Of a DNA stretch of 64,000 nt, positions 1-12,169 are shown one piece after another. The notes beneath the pieces were generated by a model. That model saw nothing but the letters and a program-made list of their open reading frames with translations, was not told the DNA's origin and did no database searches. Made by a program: the position numbers and the translations under genes. Origin of the DNA: Eledone cirrhosa (taxonomy: Eukaryota); NCBI GenBank assembly GCA_964016885.1, contig OZ024743.1, positions 283,526,001-283,590,000 on the forward strand, given 5' to 3'. Position 1 is the stretch's first letter. The number at the start of each line of letters is the position of its first letter.

Positions 1-2261
1 CACCCTGCTCGTCACCTCGTCCTAGTTTTTGTCTGTCTGTAGGTCCGGACCGAACCAGACCCCTAGCAATTTAACCGGTCCGTCCGTCCAGCGCCCAACG
101 ACGCTGTTGGACGGCATGGACCTGCCTCTCCAGGTGCCAAGCTGCAGGCCCACTGACCTTTCCTGGTTGATCATTGCTCCTCTCACTGCTTCGTATTCTC
201 TTACTGTAGTGCCGATCGCCTCGATGTGTTTGGCGTTCGACACCACTATGGTGACATTGTCAGCATATGCTGACACGGATCTTCCGCATCCTAGTTCGCG
301 CGGGACCCCCCTCAACGTCTCCAGTTTGTGCAGTAATGGCTCGAAGAGGGACGAGAGGGGACATCCTTGGCGGACTGAGAGCATGACGTTGAACGGTTCC
401 GAAAGGTGACCATTCACTCTCACCACAGAGCATATGTCGCTGTGCAAGGCAGCGATCCAGCCTCTGAAGACGGGCCCAAAGCCAGCCGCCCTCAGGACTG
501 CCGCTAGGTAACGATGGTCGACCCTATCGAAAGCTTTCGACTGATCTAAATTGATCAAGGACCCACCCGTGCCAGGTTCCCTAGCTACCCTCTCTACGAT
601 TTATCGCATGAGGTGGAGGTTGTCGTGGATGGATCTGTTGGGAATGGCGCACGTCTGCACCTCTCCCACCAGACCACCAACGACAAGTGCCAACCTCTTT
701 GCTAGCACCTTGGCCAAAATCTTGAACTCTGTGTGTAGCAGAGTTATGGGCCTGAAATTATCTGTTATCCCCCTTGTTCGGATCCTTTCTCATCAGCGCC
801 TCAGCTCCTCAGCTCACAGTGCTGGGAATTCTCCCGTTCTGTTGCCAGTTGCAGTAGACGTCCGCCAAGAGACATCCGACCAAGTCTGGCATCTGTACGT
901 AAAGTTCATAGGGCAGACCATCCAAACCAGGCAATTTACCCCTTGTGCAGCCAGTCATTGCCTCCCGTACTTCAGCGGCTGTTATCGGCTTTTCTTAACA
1001 CTCCGCCTCAGTGGCCGAGAGCCGCGGCAATCCGTCGAGGTAGACGCTAAAGTCCATCCCTCGATCCGGTCCGCCACTGCCCCCGAACAGCTGTGTGAAG
1101 TGTCGCTGAAAAGCTTCACACATTTGCCCGGGATCGAGTAGCATGCGCCTGTCGTGGTCCACCAAAGACCGGATCGTGGCTTTGTTGTCACGACGCGCCT
1201 CCGCCACTCGGGCCCATTGAACAGCTTTCGTCCCCTCATGTCTGACAACGCAGCCTTCGTGCTTTGCATTGAAGAATTGGTCAAGGGCCAATTTCGCCGC
1301 AAGTACGTCGGTCACGATGCCTTTGCTAAGCGCCTCATCTAATTTTCTAACTAATTCTCCCTCTGCTCTATTTTACTCTAGTGCTAAAGCCTTACTAAAC
1401 CTAATGGACTCTATTCTAATCGCTCTTTTCAGAGCAAACCACCACTTGTTGTTGACGATGGCCCCCATCAACGCCCGCTTAACTAGTTCGCTAATCCAGT
1501 CTCTGTAGGCCTTGTGCACTGGTAAGGACGCGTTTAGCTTCCAGTAGCCGGGTGCTCGTCTATGAAGCCTATCTAAGTCAAGCACACAGATCACGAATTT
1601 GTGGTCCGTGTAGCTGACTATCTTGAATTGTGGACAGCCTATGCTAGACCTATCTATTTCCCTACAAAATACTCTATCTAGATATGATCTGGATGACCCT
1701 ATGCGATTTGTCCAAGTCCTCATTCGGGAAATCCAATCGGTACCTGTCAGACAGGTCAAAACGCCTGAGCAGGTTGGTGAGGCTCTTGCACCCTCCTCCC
1801 CTATCCGCTGATCCCACACAGTCCCAGTGTGCATCTAAGATCCCGTTCCAGTCACCCACTAACACTAAAGAGCGGGACGTTCCAAGAAAGGTCTCCAGAC
1901 GCCGGAAGAAATCAGGCCGCCCTGCTCCTAGACGGCCACTAACCTGAAAGGTTGCCCGTCCGCTGGTCACGTCTAGCACCACCAACTTACCTTCTGGGTC
2001 CAGGAAGATGGCCCTTATGGCGAGATCCAAACCTCTCCGAAAAAGCACAGCAACTCCTCCCCCCGATCCCGGACGGCTGGGAGATGCGTACACATCGTAG
2101 CCGCCGAAGAACGGTGCGAAGGCCCGTGCTTTGGAGATTCTGGTCTCGCTGATGGCCACTACATCTATGTTTAGTGACCTGAGGTCGTTGAGCAGGTGGC
2201 CCTCCTTCCATGACGACCCTAAGCAACGCGCATTTATGCTGCCTATTCTGAGTGAGGTCAT
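1..2261 (-). pseudogene. ORF2 of copy A: APE endonuclease + reverse transcriptase, frameshifted with stops
   Basis: MTSLRIGSINARCL..VAISETR..VLVGDWN, SYLDRVF..YTDHK..GYWKLN (APE, Tx1-typical); INLDQSKAFDRVDH, RQGCPLS, AYADN (RT). Split over several short ORFs. Confidence 0.92.
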
Positions 2262-2295
2262 GTTGAAATGGAGTGGAAAAGATGGGAAAGACCAC

Positions 2296-4476
2296 TTACT
2301 TTACTTCTTGTAGAGGAAGGATGGTTTTTCCATCCTTTTCACTGCTTGTGGCCTCCTCCAGAAGGATGTCCTTATAAATCCTCCTGGAGAGTGTTTGTCG
2401 GAAGTCTCCGATGTCTTTGGGGAATTTTTGTTTTAGTGTCGTGTACGTTTTCTGTGTGATGCGAGTGATTTGTATGTGTGGAGGTGGTGTGAACTTTTGG
2501 GTTGTTGTGTAGTTATTTTCTGTGATGCTGGTGTTGTGTTGGATGTAGTGTAATAATTGGTTGTTGTTCAAATTTAATTGTTTCTACTTTAGGCACAAGG
2601 CCAGCAATTACCCAGTGCATTACTGGTACTTTATTTTATCGACCCATTAAGGATGAAAGGCAAAGTCAACCTCGGCGGGATTTGAACTCAGATCATAAAG
2701 GGACGTAACTATGCTGGAAAGCATGGCGTCCGACCCTCCAACGATACTGCCAATCCACCACCCTGGTCGTTGTTCAAATTTAATGCTGTGTAGTGTGTAT
2801 CGTTTTGGTTGTTTTGTTTTATTTGCGTTGTGGGTTTGTTTCTGTTTCGCTTTTTGGTGACTTTTGTGGTGTTGGTGATGGTGGTGTTGGGGTTAATGAT
2901 GGTGATGGTGTTGGTGTTTGTGGTGATGGGGTTGGTGATGCTGGTGTGGATGGTGGCATATCTGTCCTAACTTTTTTGTTTGATAGTTATTTGTTTCCCT
3001 CTGTATTTTGTTTTTGGAGGGGGAGGGAAGAGAATTTTTTCTCTTTTGGTTTCTTTTTTTCTTTTTTCCTGATACCGTTTCCCACTCCTCGTCGTCACAA
3101 TCTGTCTCCAGTTGTGATAGGCCGGGGAGTGGAAAATCCTCCACAGGTGTTGGTCTTGGTTGTGGCGTGGTGGATGATGTAGGCGCTGGTGCTAGTTCTG
3201 GCGCGTTGGGTGGTGGTGGTGTTGGTTTTGCTACTGTTGCTGGGGTTGTTGCTGTTACAGTTGCTTCTGTCGTTGCTGCTACAGTTGTTGCTGCCATCTC
3301 TGCTGCTGGTGGTGTTGATGGTTGAGTCACTGGGGTTGGTAGGAGAGGTGGCCTCAACCTTTTAGCCTGAGGGCAGAAAGCCCTTAGGTGGATTCCTTCA
3401 CCACAAACGACACACCTAGGCCTTCTGCCCTCGACAATTACGGTGAGGTGGCTGCCGTCAGTGAGGTCTATTACCTCTAGGATCTCCTCAATGCTTTTTT
3501 GGTCTGCTTGGATCAGGAGCTCCATCCCAGATCCGGACCAGTTCTCCTGCTTTTCTTTCGCTATTGCTATTATTTTTGTGTTGGCTTCGATGCCGGCGAG
3601 GACGGCCGCTATTAGCCAGGGAATTTCGATGGCCGGTGGAACGTGGGTCACCCTGATCTTTACGAGTCTCTGGCCACAATAGCTTGGGACGAGTGTGAAG
3701 TCGTCACTTCTTAATGGGGCCATGGAGTGTTCTCTAGCCTCCTGTGGTGTTTCAAAGAACACGTCCATGGTTCCATATTTCTGCCCACGTCTGATGTGGG
3801 GTTTTTCTTGCCCACACATGTCCCAAAGCTTTTTGGATTTGGGACTCGGATGCCCGTTCCACTCGGCGCGATTTTACATTTATTGTTCGATACGACACGG
3901 TGCATAGGCGCCGATGCTCCATTTTATTAGGTGGGGGGGGCTGACCCTGTACCCATCTTTCTTTACCATTTGTTTGGCATTTTCTAAATCCTCCTGAGTT
4001 ACCGTAAATGCTTCGAACTGTTTTGCTACTCTGGCGAAACTGAGGGTGGTTTTTATAATGTCATTGTTGTTGTTGTTGCTATCGTTATTTGTGTTAATAT
4101 TAATTTTAGTTTCAGTTGTGGTGGTGGTGACGTCAGTCGTTTTTGGTGGGGAAGAGTCCATTTTGCTTGATTTCATTTCGACATCAGGAGTTAATTTATT
4201 TTTTTCTTCTTTTGTTTCTGTTGTCGCGGTGGTGGTGGGGGTGGTGGTTGTCGCGGTGGTGGTGGTGGTGGAGGCTTTAACACCTGCAGTCATTGGTAAT
4301 GGCGGGAAATTAATGTCTGCCTGAGATAAATTTAAAATATTGCTACTGCTTATATTTTTTGTAGTGTTGGCAAACGTAGTAACATTTACAATGGTGGTGT
4401 CGGTGTGAGGTGTTAATTTGTGAGAAAGGCTTTCAGCTGCTTGGTGCAGTGGTGAATTAGCCATTTTTTTTTTCAA
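2296..4476 (-). pseudogene. ORF1 of copy A (gag-like, CCHC zinc knuckle), frameshifted and SINE-interrupted
   Basis: ORF pieces 3880-4476, 2893-3819, 2296-2571. CVVCGEGIHLRAFC = C-x2-C-x4-H-x4-C, basic WETVSGKKKKR motif, T/P low-complexity linkers. Confidence 0.82.
2579..2763 (-). mobile_element. tRNA-derived SINE inserted in ORF1 of copy A
   Basis: Minus strand has A-box-like TGGCAGTATCGTTGG and B-box GAGTTCAAATCC. 21-bp TSD TGGT[T/C]GTTGTTCAAATTTAAT at 2558-2578 and 2764-2784. Near-identical copy at 9365-9545. Confidence 0.9.
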
Positions 4477-4675
4477 AGAAATTTTTTGATAATCCTAAAA
4501 GTTTAAATTTTGGGTACAAGGCCCCAATATTTTTGGGTGTCCTTTTCGGAAAACAATGTATGTGCGCTTATATATGGTTAACAATAAAAATTTTCCATAA
4601 ATGGCAATTTTTAACAAACGGAAATAACAAACCTTTGCGGAGCTCACGATGATACGATTTACTACGTAGGTCGCC

Positions 4676-4720
4676 AATAATAATAGTAATAATAACAATA
4701 GTAATAATGATTTCTTTATT
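4676..4720 (-). terminator. 3' end of copy B: AATAAA polyadenylation-type signal followed by degenerate (ATT)n tail
   Basis: Minus strand reads GGCCAATAAAGAAATCATTATTACTATTGTTATTATTACTATTATTATT after a T-rich 3' UTR. Confidence 0.7.
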
Positions 4721-4949
4721 GGCCACAAGGGCTGACATCAAGAAAAACATTACAGACGGCACAGGAATGTACGATGTGGGTTTTGTGCATGTAAATATTT
4801 TTATTATTTATATAAGAAAAGAAAAAAAGACATAAGAACATATATATATAAACAATAAAAATGAAAATTGAAACAATGAAAAATTCCCCAATAGGAGGGA
4901 AACCTCCGAGGGTTACTCGTGGCGAAAACCACACGAAAGACCACGGCCA

Positions 4950-7659
4950 CCCTGACCACCAGGAAGATGACAAGACCATCTGCACAATGGACTCAGTCGA
5001 TAACGTGACAGCAACTGTTCGACATAGCTCCACAAGTCAGCAATGCTCGGGCACTGAACGAGTGCGTGCACGACGGTTTCGTCGCTCTGCGCGCATCTCG
5101 GACAGGCTCAGCTGACGGCACTTCCGTGCCTGGAGAGCTTATCTCGAACCGGCAGCGCTCCCCGGTGGCACTGCCAGGCCAAGGATTTTTGGAAGTTATC
5201 CATTGGCCCTGGGCTGAAAGTTCTCCGGAAGCTCTATTTTGGTGAGAGTTGGGCCGGGGCAAGGGACGACAGTGAGGCGGTAGCAGATGACGGATGCGAT
5301 GTACGCAATCGCCACCTCCACCCGGCATTTCAGGGACAGCTTCCTCTCGGCCCATTTCTGGGTGAGGAAGGTCACCTTGCTCATCACCTCGTTCCAGTTT
5401 TTCTCCATCTGGAGGTCCGGTCTGAACCAGACCCCGAGCAATTTAACCGGTCCGTCCGTCCAACGCCCCACGACACTGTCGGACGGCATGGACTTGCCTC
5501 TCCAGGTGCCGAGCTGCAAGCCCACCGACTTTTCCTGGTTTATCTTTGCTCCTGTCACCGCTTCGTATTCCTTGAGAGCGGTGTCGAGCATCTGGACGTG
5601 TCTGGTGCTCGACACCACCACGGTGACGTCGTCGGCATAAGTCAACTCGGATTTCCCACATCCTAGTTCGCATGGGATGCCCATCATCGCCCCCAGTTTG
5701 TGCAGTAACGGCTTGAAAGCCAATACATACAAGAGGGACGAGAGGGGACAACCCTGGCGGACGGAAAGCATGATGCTGAACGGCTGCGACAGGTGACCGT
5801 TCACCCTCACAACTGAGCAGATGTCGCTGTACATCGCAGTGATCCAACCCCTGAAAACGGGCTGCCTCGAGGACCGCCGCCAGGTATCGATGGTCGACCC
5901 TATCGAATGCTTTGGATTGATCTAAGTTGATCAGGGCCCCACCCGTGCCAGGTTCCTTAACCACCCTCTCTATGATGTATCGCATGAGGTGGAGGTTGTC
6001 GTGTATGTATCTGTCCGGAATGGCGTATGTCTGCGCCTCTCCCACCAGACCCTTGACGACAAGCGCCAACCTCGTTGCTAACACCTTGGCCAAAATCTTG
6101 AACTCTGCGTTTATCAGGGTTATGGGCCTGAAATTATCGATAACATCCCCCTTGTTCAGGTCTTTTCTCAGCAGCGCCACCGCTCCCCGGCTCACAAAAC
6201 TGGGAATGCTGGCATTCTGCTGCCAGTTGCAGTAGACGTTTGCCAAGAGGTCACTGAACAAGTCTGGCATAAATGCATAAAGCTCGTAGGGCAGACCATC
6301 CAAACCTGGCGATTTACACCTCGTGCAGTTAGCCATCGCTTCCCGTATTTCACCGGCTGTTATGGCTTTTCGCCACACTGTGCTGCGGTCGTCGAGAGTC
6401 GAGGCAGTCCGTAGAGGTATGCACTGAAGTCCATTCGCCGATCCGGCCCGCCGCTGCTCCTGAACAGTTCAGCAAAGTGCTGCTGAAAAGCTTCACGCAT
6501 CTGCTCGGGTTCGAGCGACACGCACCCGTTTTGGTCAGACAAAGACCGAATTGTGGCTTTGTTGCCACGTCGCGCCTCTGCCACCTGAGTCCATTGGGCG
6601 GCTTTTGTCCCCTCGTGTTTCAGAGCACGCGCTCTAGCTCTGACAACGCGGCCTTCGTATTTTGCGTTGAAGAATTGGTCGAGTGCCAATCTCGCCGCAA
6701 GCACGTCGGTTGCAATGCCTGTCCTAAACACCTCTTCTAGCTTTCTGACTAGCTCTCCCTCTACTCTATTTTCCTCTATCACTAGTCCTTTGCTAAACCT
6801 AATCGACTCTACTTTAATTGCCCTTTTCAGGGCGAACCACCACCTGTTGTTGACGACCGCTCCCGTTAACACCCGCTTAACTAATACGCTAATCCGCTTT
6901 GCGCGCCGGTAAAGACGCGTTCAGCTTCCAGTAACCGGGCCCTTGTCTATGAAGTCTGTCTATGTCGATCTCACAGATCACAAATTTGTGGTCTGTGTAG
7001 TCGACTATTTTAAATTGTGGACAACTTATACTAGCCTTATCTAGTTCTCTGCAGAATACCCTATCGACATACGATCTGGTTACCCGATGCGGTTTGTCCA
7101 TGTCCACATTGGCACATTCGGGTGATCCAGTCGATACCTGTCAGACAGTTCAAAACGTCTGAGAAGGTTGGTGAGGCTCTTGCACCCTCCTCCTCTATCC
7201 ACTAGCCCCACACAATCCCAGTGTGCATCCAAGATACCGTTCCAGTCGCCCACTAACACTAAAGAGCGTGACGTTCCAAGAAAGGTCTCTAGACGTCTGA
7301 AGAAATCTGACCGTCCTGTCCCTGTTGGGGCGTAGACGGCTACTAGCCTGAAAGCATTGCCTTCGCTGCCGGTCACGTCCAGCACCACCGACTTACCTTA
7401 TGGGTCTAGGAAGATGGCCTGTATGGCGAGATCCAAGCCTCTCCGAAAAAGGACGGCAACCCCCTCCTCCCGATCCTGGATGGCTGGGAGATGCGTATAC
7501 ATCGTAGCCGCCGAAGATCGGTGCGAAGGCTTGTGCTTCGGAGATTCTGGTCTCGCTGATGGCCACCACATCTATGTTTAGTGACCTGAGCAGGTGACCC
7601 TGCTTCCAAGATGACCCCAGGCCACGTGCATTTATACTGCCTATTCTGAGTATGGCCAT
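4950..7659 (-). pseudogene. ORF2 of copy B: APE + RT + C-terminal CCHC (zf-RVT-like)
   Basis: MAILRIGSINARGL, AVYAP, GDWN, TDHK..GYWKLN; KSPGLDGLPYE, NFRPITLIN, LDQSKAFDRVDH, RQGCPLS, YADD. My translation of ~5230-5040 gives AWQCHRGALPVRDKL..CPRCAQSDETVVHALVQC. Confidence 0.92.
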
Positions 7660-7691
7660 GTTGGATGAGAAACGGGGCAAGTGAGAAAGGG

Positions 7692-9240
7692 TCACTTACC
7701 TTGATCGTGTGGTGAAGGGACAGTAGAACCGTCCCTTTGGCTGGTCATGGGTGTTTCCAAGAGGATGTCAGTGTATATCCTCTTGGTAACTGACCCTCTG
7801 AAGTCTCCAACTGCGTTGGGGAACTTTTTGTTTTAAAGGTTTGTACTGTTCTATTGAGATTTCAATGATGCTTATGTTTGTCGGGAGTTTTCTTGGTGTT
7901 GGTGGGGTGTAGTAGTTTTCTTCTGTGATGTCTGTATGCTGCTTTATATATTGTATGAGTTCTTTTTTTGCCATGTTTATGGCTGTGTACTTTTTGGGGG
8001 GAGGGGTGATTTTGTTGCTGTTTGGTGTGTGTTTTGTTTTGTTTGCGTTGTTGGTGTTTTTGGTGATGCTGGTGGTGGTGTGGTTGTTGTTGGCGGTGGT
8101 GCTTGTGGTGGTGATAGTGATGGTGGTGGTGTTGCTGCAAGTTTCCTTGCTGCCTTTACCTCTCTTTGTGTGCCTTCACTTTTGGAGGTTGAATCTAAGG
8201 GTTTTTTTCTTTTTTCTTTTTTGTGGCAGACCGTTTGCCACTTCACTCCCGCCTCAAACTCCATGTCGGATTCTGTGGTGTCTGGTCAGTTTGTCTGGTT
8301 TGTCTGGTGTCTGGTCAGTTTGTATAAGCATTTGCATGCCTATACCTGACCAGTTCTCTCTCCCTATTTTCTCTACTTGCAGCATGGTCGTCCTGTCCTC
8401 GATTCCAGCAAGGACAGACGCGGCCAGCCAAGGTATGGGCACGTCGGGTGGGACCTGGGTCAGTTTGACCCTCACAATTTTCTGCTCGCAGTAGGAGGGC
8501 ACCAAGACTATCTCCTCACTCTTTAGGGTTTCCAAAGAGTGAGACTTCGGTTCTTGGGGGGTGGCGAAAAGTACGTCTACTGTGGTGTACTTTCTGCCTC
8601 GGGTGATGAGGGTTTTGCGTGCCCAGACGCACCCCAAGGCCTTTGGGATTTGAGCCTCCGTGGCTCTCACCACCCGATGTGACATTTTGCTTACGGTGCG
8701 GTAAGTCACCGTCCGTAGCTGCTGGTCCTTGAAAAAATCGGGTGGAGGTTTCAAGGAGACTCTATTGGCGCTTCTTGTCACCATGGCCCTTGCGACTGCC
8801 ATCAACTCCTCTGTGACTAACACTGTCTCGATATTTCGGGCGACACCTTCAAAAGAAGTGGTCCTTTTTTCAGCAGCACCACTATTGCTGCTGCTACTGG
8901 TCTTACTGGTGGTGCTGAGATCGCTGTTACAGGTATCGATGTCATTGTTGATGTTTTCGTTGGTACTGTTGTTGGTGTTGTTGTTGTTGTTGTTTTTGTT
9001 GATACTGTTGCTGTTGTTACTGTTATTGTGGCTGTTGTTATTATTGTTGTTTTTGTTGATACTGTTCCTACTATTATTGTTGTTGTGGCTGTTGTTATTG
9101 TCATTGTTATTGTCGTTCTCGACCTTACCGCTGTTATTTTTGTTATTGTCGTTCTCGACTTTACCTCTGTTATTTTTGTTGTTGATGGTGTTGTTGTTGG
9201 TGTTATTGCTGGTGTTGTTTGTGTTAGAAATATTTGGTAA
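7692..9240 (-). pseudogene. ORF1 of copy B (frameshifted; zinc-knuckle region missing; start approximate)
   Basis: RGRKYTTVDVLFATPQE..LVPSYCEQKIVRVKLTQVPP..IPWLAASVLAGIE aligns to ORF1 of copy A. WQTVCHKKEKRKK motif and AAC-rich N-terminal tract. Confidence 0.78.
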
Positions 9241-9364
9241 TTTTAAATCTGTAACAATCCTCTTTTCCTTTGTAATATTCTGTAAAATTTACCTCAATAG
9301 ATATCGACAAGCAGCATTGTATTCTGGAGCAACAATGTAGACCAGGGCAACTCCGTAAAATAAT

Positions 9365-9545
9365 TGTTTCTACGTTAGGCACAAGGCTAGCAATTATCCA
9401 GTGCATTACTGGTACTTTATTTTATCGACCCCGTAAGGATGAAAGGCAAAGTCAACCTCGGCGGGATTTGAACTCAGATCGTAAAGGGACGTAACTATGC
9501 TGGAAAGCATGGCGTCCGACCCTCTACCGATACTGCCAATCCATC
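9365..9545 (-). mobile_element. tRNA-derived SINE (same family as 2579-2763)
   Basis: Near-identical to 2579-2763. Perfect 18-bp TSD GCAACTCCGTAAAATAAT at 9347-9364 and 9546-9563. Confidence 0.9.
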
Positions 9546-10287
9546 GCAACTCCGTAAAATAATGTACACAATAAAGAAATGAAAAACAACACTTATACAA
9601 ATTATTTACTGTGTTTATAACTTTGACATTTTCTTTTGGATGTGACATATTAGGTATAAAGACATTAGTTCCAACTGAAAAAAATAAATAAATAAAATAA
9701 ACAAGAAACACTATATGTCAGCTACTAGAATAGTTAAAATCAAAATTAAGCTAAGGCAAAAAATCCATCCAAGCTATTCAGTAAGAATCTCTCAAGCATT
9801 AGTAGCTAAAATAGAGCTAGAATTTTTATCAAGAAAGAAAATTAATAGAAAATGAGCTGAAAGAAGAATTTTATGAAAAGAAAGCAACAGCAAGCATTTT
9901 AAAGCCAGTTTTCTCTGCTAAAATAGGGGTTATCCTTAGAGGCCCCATGAAAGGCATCATGGCTATAGTGGGTTTTTTTTTAAGTAGCATTTTATGGATG
10001 GCTTTTGTTCCTGATACAATGTACTATATTCTAAACTAGACACACACAGCATTGTTGTATCTAAGAAGGCTTTTATGTAAGATGTCCTAACTGCTGTTAA
10101 TATAAATGTTCTGTTAATGCATCCAATTACATATAAAGAAAAAGTGATTCAAGTTCTAGAAAAGGCCTAGCTCAAAACATAGCTCAAAAGTACACCAAAT
10201 GATGAAATTTGGATCAACATAATATGCATGTTTTAGCTCTTAACCTTCTGTAATGATATAGCAAGCCATATCTAAAAATGGGTTTGT

Positions 10288-10456
10288 TAATTCAAATGTT
10301 CATAGTATCTTTACTTGTGGATAGATCATTGTGAAAATTTGCAGTAAACTAAATTAAAGACTTGTATTGTTCAGTAATGTCTTACTAATGTGGTTTCCTA
10401 ATTCATATGTTTGTAGTATCTTTACTAGTGGATAGATTGTTGTGAAAATTTGCAGT
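10288..10456. repeat. Imperfect ~58-bp direct repeat, two copies 111 bp apart
   Basis: TAATTCA.ATGTT..TAGTATCTTTACT.GTGGATAGAT..TTGTGAAAATTTGCAGT at 10288-10345 and 10399-10456. Confidence 0.8.
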
Positions 10457-11285
10457 GTTGTTTTGTAGTTTTCAAGAATGCTTTGCTGGTGCAGTTTCAT
10501 TTAATATAGGATGTTCAAGATTAAAGAGTAAAATATAGTTCCCTGTAGAGCATTGAACCAGATTATGGAATTGTTTAGTTGGTCGAAAGTTTCAATTCTG
10601 AATTTACTTAAATTTTCATCTGCATTCTCACACTCCATCCTTCTTGGTTTCATTTACTTCTCCATCATCTTTAGCCATGTTTTTCTTGGTCTTCTCGCTC
10701 CTTTACTTCCTTCCACATTAATTTCCATCACTCCTCTCACCCAGTTACTTTCATCCTTCATCGACACATGATTCAACCATCTCATTCCATTTCTCTTCAC
10801 AGCATTTTTTACTGGCTCTATTTACTGTGTTTGGATAAATGACTGAATGAATAATTTAATAATATTTATAACATGCTACAATTGCTTACGTCGTAAAGTC
10901 TAGATAACAGTTCAATATATATATCAAAATGATTTGATTCACTCTTAATGCAATGACATAAAGAATACAGAATAAATATATTGTGGCTTGAAAGAAAATA
11001 AAAAGCTCTGTTCAAACTCTGCATTTCAAACATGGTGTTATTACCAACATAATTACTAGCAAACCTTTTATATAAAGGAAGTGGAAATAGCTACAGAACC
11101 AATGTCATATAAAACATTTATACATCATTAATAGATATAAGAATGTGTGTATTAAATAGCCCAGAGGCAGCATCTGCATAAAAAAGCAATAACTAAATTA
11201 TTGTTAACATATTTAAAGCAAGAAACTTTTAAATGCTAACCAAAAATAAATATATATTGAGGAGAAAAGAATTATATTAGTCATT

Positions 11286-11610
11286 GTGAGTTCAATTCTC
11301 AGACCGGGTGAGTGAGTTCAATTCTCAGACCGGGTGATGTGTTGTTTCCTTGAGCAAGACACTTTATTTCACATTGCTCCAGTTTACTCAGCTGTAGAAA
11401 TGAGATGATAGGGACTGGGGTCCATATAATTCCACTGCAAAGTGGTCGTGGAGGTGCCACAGCAAAAAAGCACCCAGTACTCACTGTAAATGAGGTTGGT
11501 GTTAGGAAGGGCATCCAGCTGTAGAAATCAAGCCAGCATCAGTTCCCGTCCCACCCTTGCAAGCAGGGAAAAAGCGGACGTAAAATGAAATGATGAATGA
11601 TGATGATGAT
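11286..11610 (+). mobile_element. SINE of a second family (5'-truncated) with CORE/V-like middle and (ATG)n tail
   Basis: B-box-like GAGTTCAATTC in a 26-bp tandem duplication (11286-11337); CCTTGAGCAAGACACTT central motif; 3' half shared with 13129-13410; ends GGACGTAAAATGAAATGATGAATGATGATGATGA. Confidence 0.7.
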
Positions 11611-12169
11611 TGGTTTTCATATTTGATGGCTTAAAAGGCACGCTTTTTTCAAAATAGATGTCCAAGAAAATTCATCTGTAGCTTATAAACACAGGGTCCG
11701 GGTTAGGGTTACTGCTAAAATTCAGATGTGTTTTACAAGCTCCTACACTTTATAAGCTTTCAAATAAAATAGTATTATTTAATATTTTCTGTCAAGGAAA
11801 AAAGGGGAGATAACTTTAAGCATGTTTCATTCCTTTTCTGACCTCTTTAGCATTGCTAAAATAAAGATGAATGAATTGCAAAGTAAATATACAAGATTGT
11901 ATATTTATTGATGTAGGAAAATTGAGGTGGCCAAAAAAAGACTGAAATAAATCTAGTTGTCTCCAATATTTTTGTGAAAATAAAAAAAAATATTATTAGT
12001 CATTGAATGTCATCATTTTTTCTCTTCTCACATTCATGTCCAATTAATCTTTCTACTACTTATACATTGAATATATACTAATGAATATATAGTAATGCAG
12101 CTTCCCTCCACTGGGATTTCTTGGCATTGCTTCACTTAGTCATCATCATCCATGTGCATCCCATGAGCA

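Larger units (their letters stand above)
1..4675 (-). mobile_element. L1/Tx1-clade non-LTR retrotransposon, copy A (decayed; 3' part runs off the window)
   Basis: Gag-like ORF1 with CCHC knuckle followed by APE endonuclease and RT fragments on the minus strand. Presumed 5' end (GGCGACC...) abuts the tail of copy B at 4675. Confidence 0.9.
4676..9300 (-). mobile_element. L1/Tx1-clade non-LTR retrotransposon, copy B (decayed, internally deleted; 5' boundary approximate)
   Basis: ORF1 and ORF2 fragments homologous to copy A, C-terminal zinc finger, 3' UTR and tail. Confidence 0.9.

Noticed and set aside
2660-2763. tRNA gene
   Set aside because: A/B boxes are present, but it is the head of a multi-copy, TSD-flanked SINE with no convincing cloverleaf.
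29-9340. Plus-strand ORFs over the retroelements
   Set aside because: Antisense shadows of RT/APE sequence or of low-complexity tracts.
9700-10640. Possible Penelope-like remnant (IIWFN on the minus strand near 10555)
   Set aside because: A single short motif with no supporting RT or GIY-YIG sequence that I could read.
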